DNA of 64,000 bases from Mobula hypostoma (Eukaryota). Both the position numbers and the translations under genes were made by a program. The DNA lies in the NCBI RefSeq assembly GCF_963921235.1, contig NC_086107.1, forward strand, positions 92,754,001 through 92,818,000. Reading direction: 5' to 3'. The stretch's first letter is position 1; the number at the start of each line of letters is the position of its first letter. Under the pieces are notes generated by a model. That model ran no database searches. It was not told the origin of the DNA and worked only from the letters and a program-made list of their open reading frames with translations. Of this stretch, positions 35,591-47,344 are shown piece by piece.

Positions 35591-36341
35591 TACCCCTCCG
35601 TATAATGCATTGGTCAGACCACAGCTGGACTAGTCACACACCATAAACTACTTCCCTTCAACCATTCAGTTCCTGAACCAGCCAGCACAACCCTAATCAT
35701 TCAAACTGCACTAAAATTGACTTCTTCACTTTGCACTAAAATTGACTTTTTCTTTGATCTAATTGAGTTTTCTTGTAAGAAAGACAAGCGCCTTTGCTCC
35801 TCCCTCTGCAAAAGGCAGGATTTCCTGGTGGCCTTCCCATTCCCATTTTAACATGTCTGTCCAAGGCGTCCTCTACTCCTAAGATGTGAGGCCACTCTCA
35901 GGTTGGAGGAGCAGCACCTCAAGGTTTGAGGTCTTACAAAGGGGCATGGATTGAATGAATGCAGTCTTTGCCCTAGGGTTGAGGAGAGAATGCCCGGGGT
36001 AGGTGGGGTCTTTGACTGTGCTGGCTGTTTTACTGAGGCAGCGAGGGGTATAGACAGAGTCCACAGAGAGGAGGCTGGTTCCTGTGATGTGCTGAACTAT
36101 GTCCACAACTCTCTGCAGGTTCTTGCAATCATGTACAAAACAGCTTGAGCACACACTCCCCCTTTCTGCTATAAAATTTATTTGACAGTTTGCCTTCTTT
36201 TGCACATTGGTTGTTTTTCAGTGTTTGTGTATAGTTTTTTATTGATCCAGTTGTATTTCTTTGATTCACTGGGAATGCTTGCAAGAAAATGAATCTCAAG
36301 GTAGTACAGTCTGACATATACATATTTTGATAATAAATTTA

Positions 36342-36985
36342 TAGTCCTGTGCAAAAGTCTTAGTTTCCCTCGATGTTTCATATTGTTTCAGATAGTATGG
36401 TTTCCACAGAGCCCTGATCGCACCATTATCAAGGTTGTCTGGGATTATCTGGAGAGACAGAAGCAAGCGAGACAGCTGAAGTCTTCAGAAAACCATGGCA
36501 AGTTTTCCAAGATGTTTGGAACAACCTACCAGATGATTTTCTTAAAAAACTGAATGACAGTGTACCTAAGAGAATTGGCGCAGTTTTAAAGGCAAAGCGT
36601 GGTCTCATCAAATATTAATTTGATTTCAAACAACAGGAATTCTGCAGATGCTGGGAATTCAAGCAACACACATCAAAGTTGCTGGTGAACGCAGCAGGCC
36701 AAGCAGCATCTGTAGGAAGAGGTGCAGTCGCTGGTGAACGCTGTCCTGACGAAGGGTCTCGGCTTGAAACGTCGACTGCACCTCTTCCTACAGATGCTGC
36801 TTGGCCTGCTGCGTTCACCAGCAACTTTGATGTGTGTTGCTATTAATTTGATTTAGTTTTTTTCTCTTTACTGCTCTTTATAGTAATTTTTTTGATCTTT
36901 AGAAACGTTTCATTTCATTATTTTTGAAGCTATCTTCACTTTACAGATTTTTTTTACATGTGCCCAAGACCTTTGCACAGTACTG
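36342..36985 (+). mobile_element. Internally deleted Tc1/mariner element with both TIRs
   Basis: Same TIR family as the mini-MITEs; VWDYLERQK...WQVFQDVWNNLP...PKRIGAVLKAK remnant; host tail AATAAATT-TA-CTTTGAAC rejoins. Confidence 0.85.
36627..36840. mobile_element. Palindromic Penelope mini-insertion (68-bp perfect inverted repeat, hammerhead core in the loop)
   Basis: Arms 36663-36730 and 36773-36840 are exact reverse complements; 14-bp TSD TATTAATTTGATTT (36613-36626 and 36841-36854). Confidence 0.92.
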
Positions 36986-37377
36986 CACTTTGAACTTTGA
37001 ACTTTGAACAATATGGTCTAAACTAGTGAATGGGTACCAACTGAGTCACGCATGAACTTTGCAAAGAAACCACAGAAGAATAGAAATAAATGTTACGCAA
37101 AGTTTACAAACGGATGATTATATAAGCTATAAGCAAATGACAAACATAACAGCTAAAACTCAAGGTAAAACACAGGTCAAACGACAATCTGGACCCTAAT
37201 GCATCATCACCCAGTGACTAGCTACTTTAGCGCTCAAGGAAAGTGGTTGATTGTTGCCAGAACCCCTTGTTACATCAGTGAGGGAAGAGGTGTAATGCTG
37301 CATGAATTATAACAGAGAAACATGCTGAACTGTTAAACGCTTGCTAAACACTTGCCAGTCAAATCTCCTGTAAAAAT

Positions 37378-37935
37378 ACATGAGCAGAGTTAGGCCATTC
37401 AGCCCAATGAGTCTTCTCCACCATTCCACCATGGCTAACTTATTATTCCTCTCAACCCCATACACCTGCCTTCTCCCCATAACCATTAACGCTCTTACTA
37501 ATCAAGAACCTATCAAACTCTGCTTTAAATATGCACAATGACTTGGCTGCCACAGCCATCTGGGGCAATGAATTCCAAAGACTGATCACTGTCCTCATCT
37601 CTGTTCTCAAGCTGTGCCCTCTGGTCCACTTATGGGAAACATCCTCCTCACATCCACTCTATCTAGGCTTTAATATTCAATAGGTCTCAGTGAACTTCCC
37701 CCCCCCCGCCCCCATTCTTCTAAACTCTAACAAGTACAGACCCAGAGCCATCAAGGGTTAACCCTCAATCAAATGCTCCTCATGCGTTAACACTTCCATT
37801 CCCAGATCCATTCCTGTGGACCTTCTCTGGACCCTCTCCAATGCTAGCTCATCCTTCCTTAGATAAGGGTCCTTAAACTGCTCACAATACTCCAATGACC
37901 AACGCCTTAAAAAACCTCAGCATTACATCCTTGCT
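37378..37935 (-). mobile_element. CR1 LINE 3' fragment
   Basis: Reverse-strand CR1 3' UTR and ORF2 end. Confidence 0.85.
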
Positions 37936-37939
37936 TTTA

Positions 37940-38213
37940 AGGTGGCATGGTAGCATAGCACAATGCTTTACAGTACTGGCAACGTAGGTTCAATTCCTGC
38001 CACTGCCTGGACGTTGTCCCCGTGACCATGCGGATTTCTTCCAGGTGCTCAGGTTTCCTCCCACAGTCGAAAGATATACCAATTGGTAGGTTAATTGGTC
38101 ATTGTAAATTGTACCATGATTAGGCAACGATTAAATCAGGGGATTGCTGGGTAATGTGGCTCGAAGGGCTGGGAGGGCCTATTCTGCACTGTAGCTTAAT
38201 AAAAATTAAATAA
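37940..38213 (+). mobile_element. V-domain tRNA SINE with CR1-type tail
   Basis: GGTTCAATTCC B-box, GGTGCTCAGGTTTCCTCCCACAG core, GAAGGGC...GGGCCTATTC tail; relatives at ~11725-11977 (-) and ~34185-34990 (+). Confidence 0.8.
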
Positions 38214-38639
38214 ATGTTCCAGTTCTCCTGAAATGAATGCATATTTTGTGCATCCTGAATCATGGGCTGACAGGGCCATTTCTGCTCGTCCACAGAAAGA
38301 TGTTGGTCAGTCTAAGCAGTTGGGGATGGTGGATGGTCAGGAGAGAAATTCAAAACCACAACCCCATCTGTTCTCTGTCATTTTGCTTTCTTCCTTCCCC
38401 TCTCACTTTTCCGCCTTCAGTTTTATTTTTATACATCCTCACCTTGAATTTGCAATTCTGATTTTCTCCTACAACATTAGAGAGAGAGGAAAACAGTGAG
38501 CATCAGGCTGGTGTGCCTGGCCAGCTATTCGAAAATGTCAACACCACCTTCCACGCTAACCCCTCGATATCCCTTCCCAGCTAACAATCTATCAAGCTTT
38601 TCATCCCAATTTCACACTTACAATTTCTCTTCAGTCGAT

Positions 38640-39050
38640 TGTCAAGCTCTCTGTGCTCTCTCTCTCTCGCTCTCTCTCTGCCTTCCCACATTCACGTTAC
38701 ACTCTTCCTCCATTCTCCCTCTCCATTCATTCTCTCCACTCCATCTCTCCCTCCCATTCTCTCTTCCCACTCTATCTCCCTTTTAACTCTCTCCCTCTCT
38801 CTCTCTCCATTCTTTCCCTCAACTCATTCTCTCTCTCACTTTCTCTTTGCACACTCTCTGCCCATTGTTCCTCCCATCTCTCTCTCCCAAGTCTATCTTC
38901 CACTGGACTCTCAACCCTTCTCTCTCCATTCTCTCCGTGCCACATTCTCTCTCCCCCAGTTCTATTTCCCCAATTTATTTTCATTCTGTCTGCTCCCTCT
39001 CCACTCTTTTACTTCCCGCTCTCTGTCACTCTCTCTCAGCCACTACTTCG
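38640..39050. repeat. CT-rich low-complexity tract
   Basis: Polypyrimidine strand with degenerate (CT)n; source of the S/L/P-rich ORFs. Confidence 0.9.
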
Positions 39051-39129
39051 GTCTCTAATCTTATTTGAATTCCTTGAAGATCAATCCCTGCTCCTTGACT
39101 GTTTTTTTCTCCCTAACTATCAATCTTTA

Positions 39130-39480
39130 TTTTCAAAGACTGATGGATCTGTGAGACACCTCCCCCGCTTCTGCCTGACTAACTGTTGGTTAAAAGAACA
39201 GATTAGATGTTATTTAATTAATGCTTTTTTATCAGGCTGATAGCTTAGCCTGCCATTGACTAAGTGCCTGATGACTTTTAAAATCAAAAATGCAAATTCA
39301 CTTGATGCAAACCTCTCTTTATTCATCTCCAGTATTTGAGCTTCAAAAGTTCAACCATTTATTTGTTTCTTTTATCTGAACAAGGATTCTAATGATTCAT
39401 TCGATGACTCAGTGATGTGGAGAACCAGAAGAGAATCAAACAACTGCTCTGTATTTCAATTTAGGGAGAAAAGCCGGCAG
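39130..39480. promoter_or_regulatory. Candidate enhancer / conserved non-coding element
   Basis: TAATTAAT, octamer ATGCAAAT (39290-39297), TATTTGTTT and TGACTCA (39405-39411) in TE-free sequence. Confidence 0.28.
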
Positions 39481-39490
39481 CCTGTCACCA

Positions 39491-39492
<2 letters not shown>

Positions 39493-39534
<42 letters not shown>

Positions 39535-39647
39535 TTCACATGACCGTGTGTATGTATGTGTGAGTGTGTGTCTAAGTGCTTGTGTGGCTGTGTGTGCATG
39601 AGAGAGAGTTTGTGTATCTGTCTGTGTGAGCGAGAGAGTTCGCAATA

Positions 39648-39688
<41 letters not shown>

Positions 39689-39845
39689 TGTCAGAGAGAG
39701 AAACAGAGTTTGTGTGTGTGGCTGTGTGTGAAAGTTGTGTGTGTGGGAGGAGGAGGTGTGTGTGTGTCCCCGTATGTGTGTCTTTGTGTGAGATAGAGAG
39801 AGAGAGAATATGTATGTTTGCGTGCCTGTATCTCTGTGTATGTGT
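39493..39845. repeat. (TG)n/(AG)n compound microsatellite region
   Basis: Direct observation. Confidence 0.95.
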
Positions 39846-39859
39846 GGCCTCTATATTAG

Positions 39860-40256
39860 GTACAGCCAGGCAACAACTCAATGCATAAAAGCATGCAGAC
39901 GTGGTCAAAAGGTTCAGTTGTTGTTCTGACCAAACATCAGAATGGGGAAGAAATGTGATCTAAGTGAGTTTGACTGAGGAATGATTGTTGGTGTCAGACA
40001 GGGTGGTTTGAGTATCTCAGAAACTGCTGATCTCCTGGGATTTTCACACACGACAGTCTTCAATGTTTACAGAGAATGGTGTGGAAACCAAAAACATCCA
40101 GCAAGCAGTGGTTTTGTGGACAAAACGCCTTGTTATGACAGAGGTCAGATGAGAATGGCCAGACCGGTTCAAGCTGACAGGAAGGCGACAGTAACTCAAA
40201 TAACCACGGGTCACAACAGTGGTGTGCAGAAGGGCATCTCTGAACCCACAACACGG
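39860..40256 (+). pseudogene. Tc1-like transposase N-terminal (paired-like HTH) fragment
   Basis: From ATG 39942: MGKKCDLSEFD*GMIVGVRQGGLSISETADLLGFSHTTVFNVYREW...RMARPVQADRKATVTQIT; premature stop, truncated by a Rex1 fragment. Confidence 0.92.
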
Positions 40257-41045
40257 AAAGCCATCTCACGGTCTAAGTAGAAATTCTGGACCAAACTTGA
40301 CCGAACGAAGGATGCTTGACAGTTGTGGCAAGGCTTGAATACTATCACCTCTTGTAAAGTAAAATCAAACAGCATAGGAGACAGCAGGGCTTCGGTTCCA
40401 GCTGAGCTCAATGCCTTCTTTGCTGTCCTTGATCACCAAACTATGAAGGAACAATCACAAACTCCCACATCCCTGATGATTTAGCGACTCCCATCTCTGA
40501 AGTTCTCTCTCTCTCTCACTCTCTGAAGCTGAAATGTGAGCTGCCTTCGGGAGGGTGAACCCACACAAAGCATCCTGCCCAGATGGGGTACCTGTACCAC
40601 ACACTAAAGACCTGTGCTTATCAACTAGTGTTTTCACTGAGATCTTTAACCTCTCATTTGGCAGTGTATTCTACCCACCTGCTTCCAGCAGGCTTCAACT
40701 CTATTAGTGCCCAAGAAGAGTGTGGTGACATACCTCAATGTCTATCACCCAATAGCACTTACAACCACAGTGAGATTAGTGATGAAACATATCAACTCCT
40801 GCCTCAGCAGTGACTTCGATCCACTCCAATTTGTCTACTGGAGCAACAAGGTTCACAGCATCTCACTGGCTCTTCACACAACCTTCGAAAATCAGGACAG
40901 TGAAGATTCATACATCAGAATGCTCTTTCTCGACTGTGCCTCAGCATTCAATACCATCATCCTTTCCCCACCATTGAGCACATCTACATGAAAGGCTGTC
41001 GCAGGAAAGCAGTATCAATCATCAGGGACCCCCACCACCCAGGGC
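40257..41045 (+). mobile_element. Rex1/Babar LINE internal fragment (RT N-terminal part) with deletion
   Basis: YHPIALT...FDPLQFVY...YIRMLFLDCASAFNTII. Confidence 0.88.
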
Positions 41046-41413
41046 ATTTTCTCTGTTTACTCTTTTCCATAGATGCTGCCTGGCCTGCTGAGTTCCTCCA
41101 GCACTTTGAGTGTTTTGCAAGGCTGTGAGTCGTTTGTTCCTGTGGAGAGATCCATAATGTGAGACATTGGAGTCGGTGCCTCTTCTGTGCCAACGTTCCC
41201 GATGGAAGGCAGCCACAGTTGATCTCAGCTCAGTGAGTCCCAGGGTTGGAGACCCGTGCGAGTCCAGAGTTCAAAGTCCTGTCCTCACCAAGTCCTAGGG
41301 TTGATACCAGAGGTTGAAGACCTAAGTTCGATGAGCTCGGAGCTCGAGGACTAAAGGTCAAAGCCCCCTGGGTCAGCATGATCAGAATTTTGAAATTTGC
41401 AGCAACAGTACAG

Positions 41414-41797
41414 TTCGTTCGTTATGTTCCACGTCACATGATGTGGGCGATCCTGGTCTTTCCATGACCGTGATTGTTCTTGGCAGATCTTTCTACAGAA
41501 GTGGTTTGCCATTGCCTTCTTCTGGGCAGTGTCCTTACAAGACGTGCGACCCCCAGCCATTATCAATACTCTTCAGAGGTTGTCTGGCTGGTGTCAGTGC
41601 TCGCATAACTAGGACTTGTGATGTGCACTGGCTGCTCACACGACCGTCCACCACCAGCTTCCGCGGCTTCACGTGACCCTGATCAGTGGGGGCTAAGCAG
41701 GTGCTACACCTTGCCCAAGGGTGACCTGCAGGCCAGCGGAGGGAAGGAGTACTTACACCTCCTTTGGTAGAGACACAGCGCCACTCCGCCATCCGAG
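41414..41797 (-). mobile_element. Short RTE-derived (BovA-like bipartite) non-autonomous element
   Basis: Reverse strand has GAAGAAGGCAATGGCAAACCACTTCTG...GCCAAGAACAATCACGG; TSD CAGTACAG (41406-41413 and 41798-41805); second copy ~49797-50220. Confidence 0.75.
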
Positions 41798-44035
41798 CAG
41801 TACAGACCCATATATAATAAAATTACTATGTTATGATAAGAAATAGGTATAAAAATTAAATAAGTAGGGCAGAGAGGGAGGTGGCATTGATGGGACATTC
41901 AGAAATCTGATGGCGGAGGATAAAAAGCTGTACCTGAACTGTTGAGTGTGATAAATGACTGAATCTGATTGACATGATAGACTGGCGTATTGAGAGCATG
42001 TCCTGGGTGGTGGGGGTCCCTGATGATGGATGCTGCTTTCCTGCCACGGCATTTCATATAGATGTGCTCAATAGCGGGGAGGGCTTTACCTGTGATATAC
42101 TGGGCTGTATCCACTACTTTTTTGTAGGGCTTTCCGTTTCAAGAGCATTGGTGTTTCCATACCAGGCTGTGGTTCAGCTGGTCAAAACACAGTCAATAAA
42201 GCACTAGATCATTTTTTATACTCTCCTCTGCTTGCTGAGTTCCCAACTCAATAAATGCTGAACCAGGAAGTAAAAAAAAAGGGAGCAGGCCATTCAGCCC
42301 ATCTTGCCTACTCCATCATCCGCTTCCCTGTGCTAGCCCATCTCTTGACCCATATGCCCATGAATCTATCACAGGCAGGGCATTGTGGAGACACCAGAGA
42401 GATGGTAGATGCTGGAAACTTTGAGCAACACATGCAAAATGCTGGAGGAACTCAGCAGGTCAGGCAGCATCCATGGAGAGGAATAAAGAGTCGACGTTTC
42501 GGGCCTAGGCCCTTCATTAGCAACAAACAATCTGCTGGAGAAACTCAGCGGGTCAGGCGGCATCTGGGGAGGGAAAGAAATTAAGCTCTAAGACTGTAAG
42601 ATGCACTGGAGAGGCAAAGTGATCTAGAGTCACAGAGCAATACCACATGAGTGATGGAGCTGTACAACAGGGACACAGGCCCTTCAGCCCAACCAGTCCA
42701 TGCTAACCTCATTGTCTACACAGCTACTCCGAATACCCTGAGTTTGGTCCATATCCCTCCAAGCCCTGCTCCTCCATGTAACCCTCCAGATGGTGGTTGG
42801 CCATCATGTCTGACGATGATAAGAAACCGGTGCTGGAGAGTTTTTAAAGTGGAAAAGCCATCGCACTGACACAGTTCCACTCTCTCGAACTTAGAAGTCC
42901 GGGTCCAGTGGTACAAACGAGCATCACAAACTGGGATCTTCCTTGATTCCAGTGGGTGACCATGACGTCTTCTGTTCCTTGTCATGCCCTTTGCTCTCCA
43001 CGGAGCATTGCAGAACTGCTTACCTGGCCATTGTATCTCACTGTAGATCTCATCCGCCCTGTCCACTTCACATGGTAGGACTGGCATGAAGCCTATTGAA
43101 TGGTGAAAGGCCTTGATAGGGTGGATGTGGAGAGGATGTTTCCTATGGTGGGAGAGTCCAACACGGCCTCAGAATAGAGGGGCGTCCTTTTAGAACGGAG
43201 ATGAGGAGGAATTTCTCAAGCCAGAGAGTAGTGAATCTGTGGAATTCGTTGCCACAGGCAGCTGTAGGGGACAAGTCTTTATGTGAATTTAAGGCATGGG
43301 TTGATAGATTCTTGATTGGTCAGGGCATAAGAAGTTAGGGTGAGAAGGTAGGAGATTGGGGCTAAGAGGAAAAAATGATGATGAAAATGTGGAGCAAACT
43401 CAATGGGCCAAATTCTGCTCCTATATCGTATGGTGTTATGGACTTATCTCCCTCTGTCACCAGGGTATGAGGCCACCGGCGACCTTCTCCTGGTTTAGCC
43501 CATCTGTTGGAGCCCTTTACCAGGGTGTGGCCACTGCCGCGTTTAAACAGCTACTCGATTGCTCAATTGAGAGGCGAACGTCCAGTGGAGACCGAGGGTG
43601 AGTGAGCTGCCCCGGGACAGACACAATGTGCCCCCTTCACCCCTCCCTGGACACCCTGTACACCAAAAGTATCTCCGCAGGATCTTCTGAAATGACAAGC
43701 ATGAGCGTGTCCTGCTGTAGGGTTTTGACCTGAAACATCGATAATTCCTTTCCTCCCACGGAAGTTGCTCAGCCCACTGAGATCCTCCAGGAGATTGTTA
43801 GTCGCTCCTGTACACTGAAATTGGCAGCCAACTTGGAATTTCCTCAGCTATGTTGTTGCCAGGTTCAGGATGCAAAGACAGAGATTGCCAAAAGCTTCTT
43901 CCCACAGCACAACCCAGGACACCATTTTGTAGGGACCACACAGTGATGGGGTAGTGTGAACTTTTCTGACTGCCCCATTGCAGAAAGGACTTGGGGCTAT
44001 GGAGAGGGAGCAGATGTTGCCTGTATTTCAGGGTA

Positions 44036-44415
44036 TGAAGCAACACATACAAAACGCTGCAGGAACCCAGCAGGTCAGGCAGCGTCTATGGAAATGAATA
44101 AACAGTTGACGTTTCAGGGTGGGACCCTTCTTCAGGGCTGGAAAGGAAGTGGGAAGGCACCAGAATAAAAAAGTAGGGGAAGGGAAAGGAGGGTTGCTAG
44201 AAGGTGATGGGTGAAGCCAGGCGGGTAGGAAAGATAAAAGGCTGGAGAGAAAGGAATCTGATAGGAGAGGAGAGCGGACTACAGGAGAGAGGGAAGGAGG
44301 AGGGGCACCAGGGGAGGTGATAGGCAGGTGAGAAGAGGTAAGAGGCCAGAGTGAGGAATAGAAGGAGAGGGAGTGAATTTTTTTTTAACCAGAAAGAGGA
44401 ATCGATATTCATGCC
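44036..44415 (-). mobile_element. Penelope-like 3' terminal repeat
   Basis: Reverse complement of the 6190-6620 type sequence; hammerhead core at ~44102-44141 with a damaged stem I. Confidence 0.85.
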
Positions 44416-45829
44416 AGAGGGTATGAACTATAAGGAGAGGTTGGACAAGTTTCTCTCAAGCGCAGGAGGCTAAAGGGAGACCTGATAGGAGTTCATAAGA
44501 TAATGAGATGCACAGATAGAATAGGCAGCCCGTATCTTTTTCTCAGGGTGGAAATATCAAATACTACAGAACATGCATTTAAGGCAAGAAGGGGGAGGTT
44601 TCGAGGAGATGTGCACAACAGGGTTTTTAGCACAGAGGGTGGTGGGTGCATGGAACGGGCTGCAGGAGTTGCAGTGGATGCAGATACAACAATGTATTGC
44701 TGAAGAGGCTGTTGGGTGGAACCATGCTGTGGCAGGGAATGGAGGAAAACAGGCCACGTGCTGGCAGAAGGGTTTAGTTTAGTTCAGCGTTGTGTTCGGC
44801 ACAGGCACGATGGGCTGAACAGCCTAATTCCGTGTCACACTGTCCGGTGTTCTGTGTCGTGTGAGGTCTGGATTGTGCAGAGTTGCATGGGTGGAACAGG
44901 TGCGAGTCAAAATCACAGTCAAAGTCAAATTTATCACCAACATGCATATGTGTTACCATATACTTGAGATTGATTTTCTTACAGGAATTTGTAGGAAAAT
45001 AAAGAATACAACAGAATTTATGAAAAACCAGACATAAACAAACAACTAATGTACAAAAGAAAACAAATTGTGACATAGATAGATAGACAGGTAGGTAGAT
45101 AACACTGAGAACACGGGTTGCAGAGTTCTTGAAAGTGAGTCTGTAGGCTGTGGAACCAGTTCCGAGTTGTGGTGAGTGAAGATGGTCTTTGGTTCAGGGA
45201 TTCACTTCCTCACGTCTCATTGTGACGTGACGTCGGTGCAGGCAGTCACCGGCCTCTGCAGCTATTGCAGCTGAGAGTCACGCAACACCCAGCCTAACGG
45301 GACGGAGGAACAGAAGGGACCAAAGGAAAGGACCCAAAATGCTGACTGTACTGTCCCCCTCCACCCAGCTGATGCTCTCGTCTCGCTGCTGCCATCGGGG
45401 AGAAGGTACAGGAGCCCCAGGGTCCACGCCGCCAGGTTCAGGAGCAGTTATTACCCCTCAACCATAAGGCTCTCTTCACTCAACTTCACTTGCCCCATCG
45501 CTGAACTGTTCCCCCAACTATTGGACTCACCTTCAAGGACTCTTCATTTCACGTTCTCAATGTTTATTTCTTATTTATTTATTATTTTTCTTCTTTCTTT
45601 CTTTCTTTGTGTATTTGCACAGTTTGCTGTCTTTGACACTCTGGTTGTCCATCCTTTTAGTACAGTCTTTCATTGAGTCTATTAGGATTTTTGGATTTAT
45701 TGAGTGTGCCCTCATGAAAATGAATCTCAGGGTTGTATGTGGTGACATGCATGTACTTTCAACTTTGAACTTTGTACAGCTTCTTCCATGGATGCTGTCC
45801 GGCCCACTGAGATCCGCCAGAACTTTGCT

Positions 45830-46535
45830 TTTTGCAGTGAAGTTAACCGTCCTGTTTAGTTTAAGGGTCCCCCGTTTTCCTATCACTCAGAAAACTCACA
45901 AGGTGTTTTATTTTTAATTTGCTCATCAGACAGAAACACACCAGGCTGTTCCTTCATGGTTGGGGAATCTTTCTCAAAACAAACAAACGATGATTATACA
46001 CTTGGGATACATGAGCGTTATTCCATCTCACTGAGAACAATTGGGAGGAACGCTACAGTATGTTTACAAACGTTATTGTCTGCATCCCTCTCCAAAAAAA
46101 CAATTACCGAATTTAAAGTATTTATGAATCAACTTTAGTATCAAATAGCTTAAAAATATTACACCTTAATGAAAAGAGCCCAAGTTCATTTTTAATACAA
46201 TACTAAACCATAATTACTTTTAAGCAATATTTGTCTCAAAAAATAACTACTGGTCTGTAATTTTCTTTCATAAATATTTCAAATTGAATGCATTCATTTT
46301 TAAATAAGTGTATTACTGGTTCTGTTTTAATCGTGTACATAGTCCAATTTTTACCGGTACTCTGTAAATTATTATAAAGGTTAATTAAAAACGCAATTAT
46401 TACTTCCTGGGTTGTTGTCGGTGAAAATCCTTTCATGTTAATTAGTTTTCAGGTTAATGCAATAATACCACTGCTGCTGGATATCAGGGATCCCTTTGAA
46501 CTTATTTACTGGTGACAGCAATGGCCATTAAAAGG
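45830..46535. promoter_or_regulatory. Candidate conserved non-coding element (AT-rich TE-free island)
   Basis: AACAAT, TGTTTAC, TTAATTAA, ACTTCCTG, CCTTTGAA, TGACAG and CCATTAA motifs; about 700 bp without a recognisable repeat. Confidence 0.33.
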
Positions 46536-46539
46536 GAGA

Positions 46540-47139
46540 GGAGAGGAGATGGGATGTAATGTTCAAATTGTACAGGGCATTGGTAAGGCCAGATTTGGAG
46601 TATTGTGTACAGTTCTGGTCACTGAATTATAGGAAAGATGTCAATAAAATTGAGAGAGTACAGAGGAGGTTTACTAAAATGTTGCCTGGGTTTCATCTCC
46701 TAAGTTACAGAGAAAGGTTGAATAAGTTAGGTCTTTATTCTTTGGAGCATAGAAGGTTGAGGGGGGACTTGATAGAGGTGTTTAAAATTATGAGGGGGAT
46801 TGATAGAGTTGATGTGGATAAGCTTTCTCCATTGAGAGTAGGGGAGATTCAAACAAGAGGACATGAGTTGAGAGTTAAAGGACAAAAGTTTAGGGGTAAC
46901 ATGAGGGGGAACTTCTTTACTCAGAGAGTGGTAGCTGTGTGGAACGAGCTTCCAGCAGAAGTGGTTGAGGCAGGTTCGATGTTATTGTTCAAAGTTAAAT
47001 TCGATAGATATATGGACAGGAAAGGAATGGAGGGTTATGGGCTGAGTGCAGGTCGGTGGGACTAGATGAGAGTAAGAGTTCGGCACGGACTAGAAGGGCC
47101 AAGATGGCCTGTTTCTGTGCTGTAATTGTTATATGGTTA
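46540..47139 (+). mobile_element. Young 5'-truncated CR1 LINE
   Basis: ORF 46559-47065 LYRALVRPDLEYCVQFW...FFTQRVVAVWNELP open to its stop; CR1 3' UTR. Confidence 0.95.
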
Positions 47140-47344
47140 ACTCCATGGGGCCAGGAGGGGGCCTGTCCTGGTGTTGGAGCCTGAGAGTGTGTGTGAGGGG
47201 ATGGCTGGCTGGGAAGGGGGGACGTAGGCTTGTTTTGTAGCTATTGTTGCTGCTGCTTGTGTTGTTCTGCTAAACACTGTGAGGAAGCTACGTTGGCCAC
47301 ACTTGCGAGCTGTCCCCGGAACATCCTTGAGTCATGTTATACAC

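Noticed and set aside
38639..39908. Long S/L/P-rich and H/T- or C/V-rich ORFs
   Set aside because: Low-complexity CT and TG repeats that lack stops by composition.
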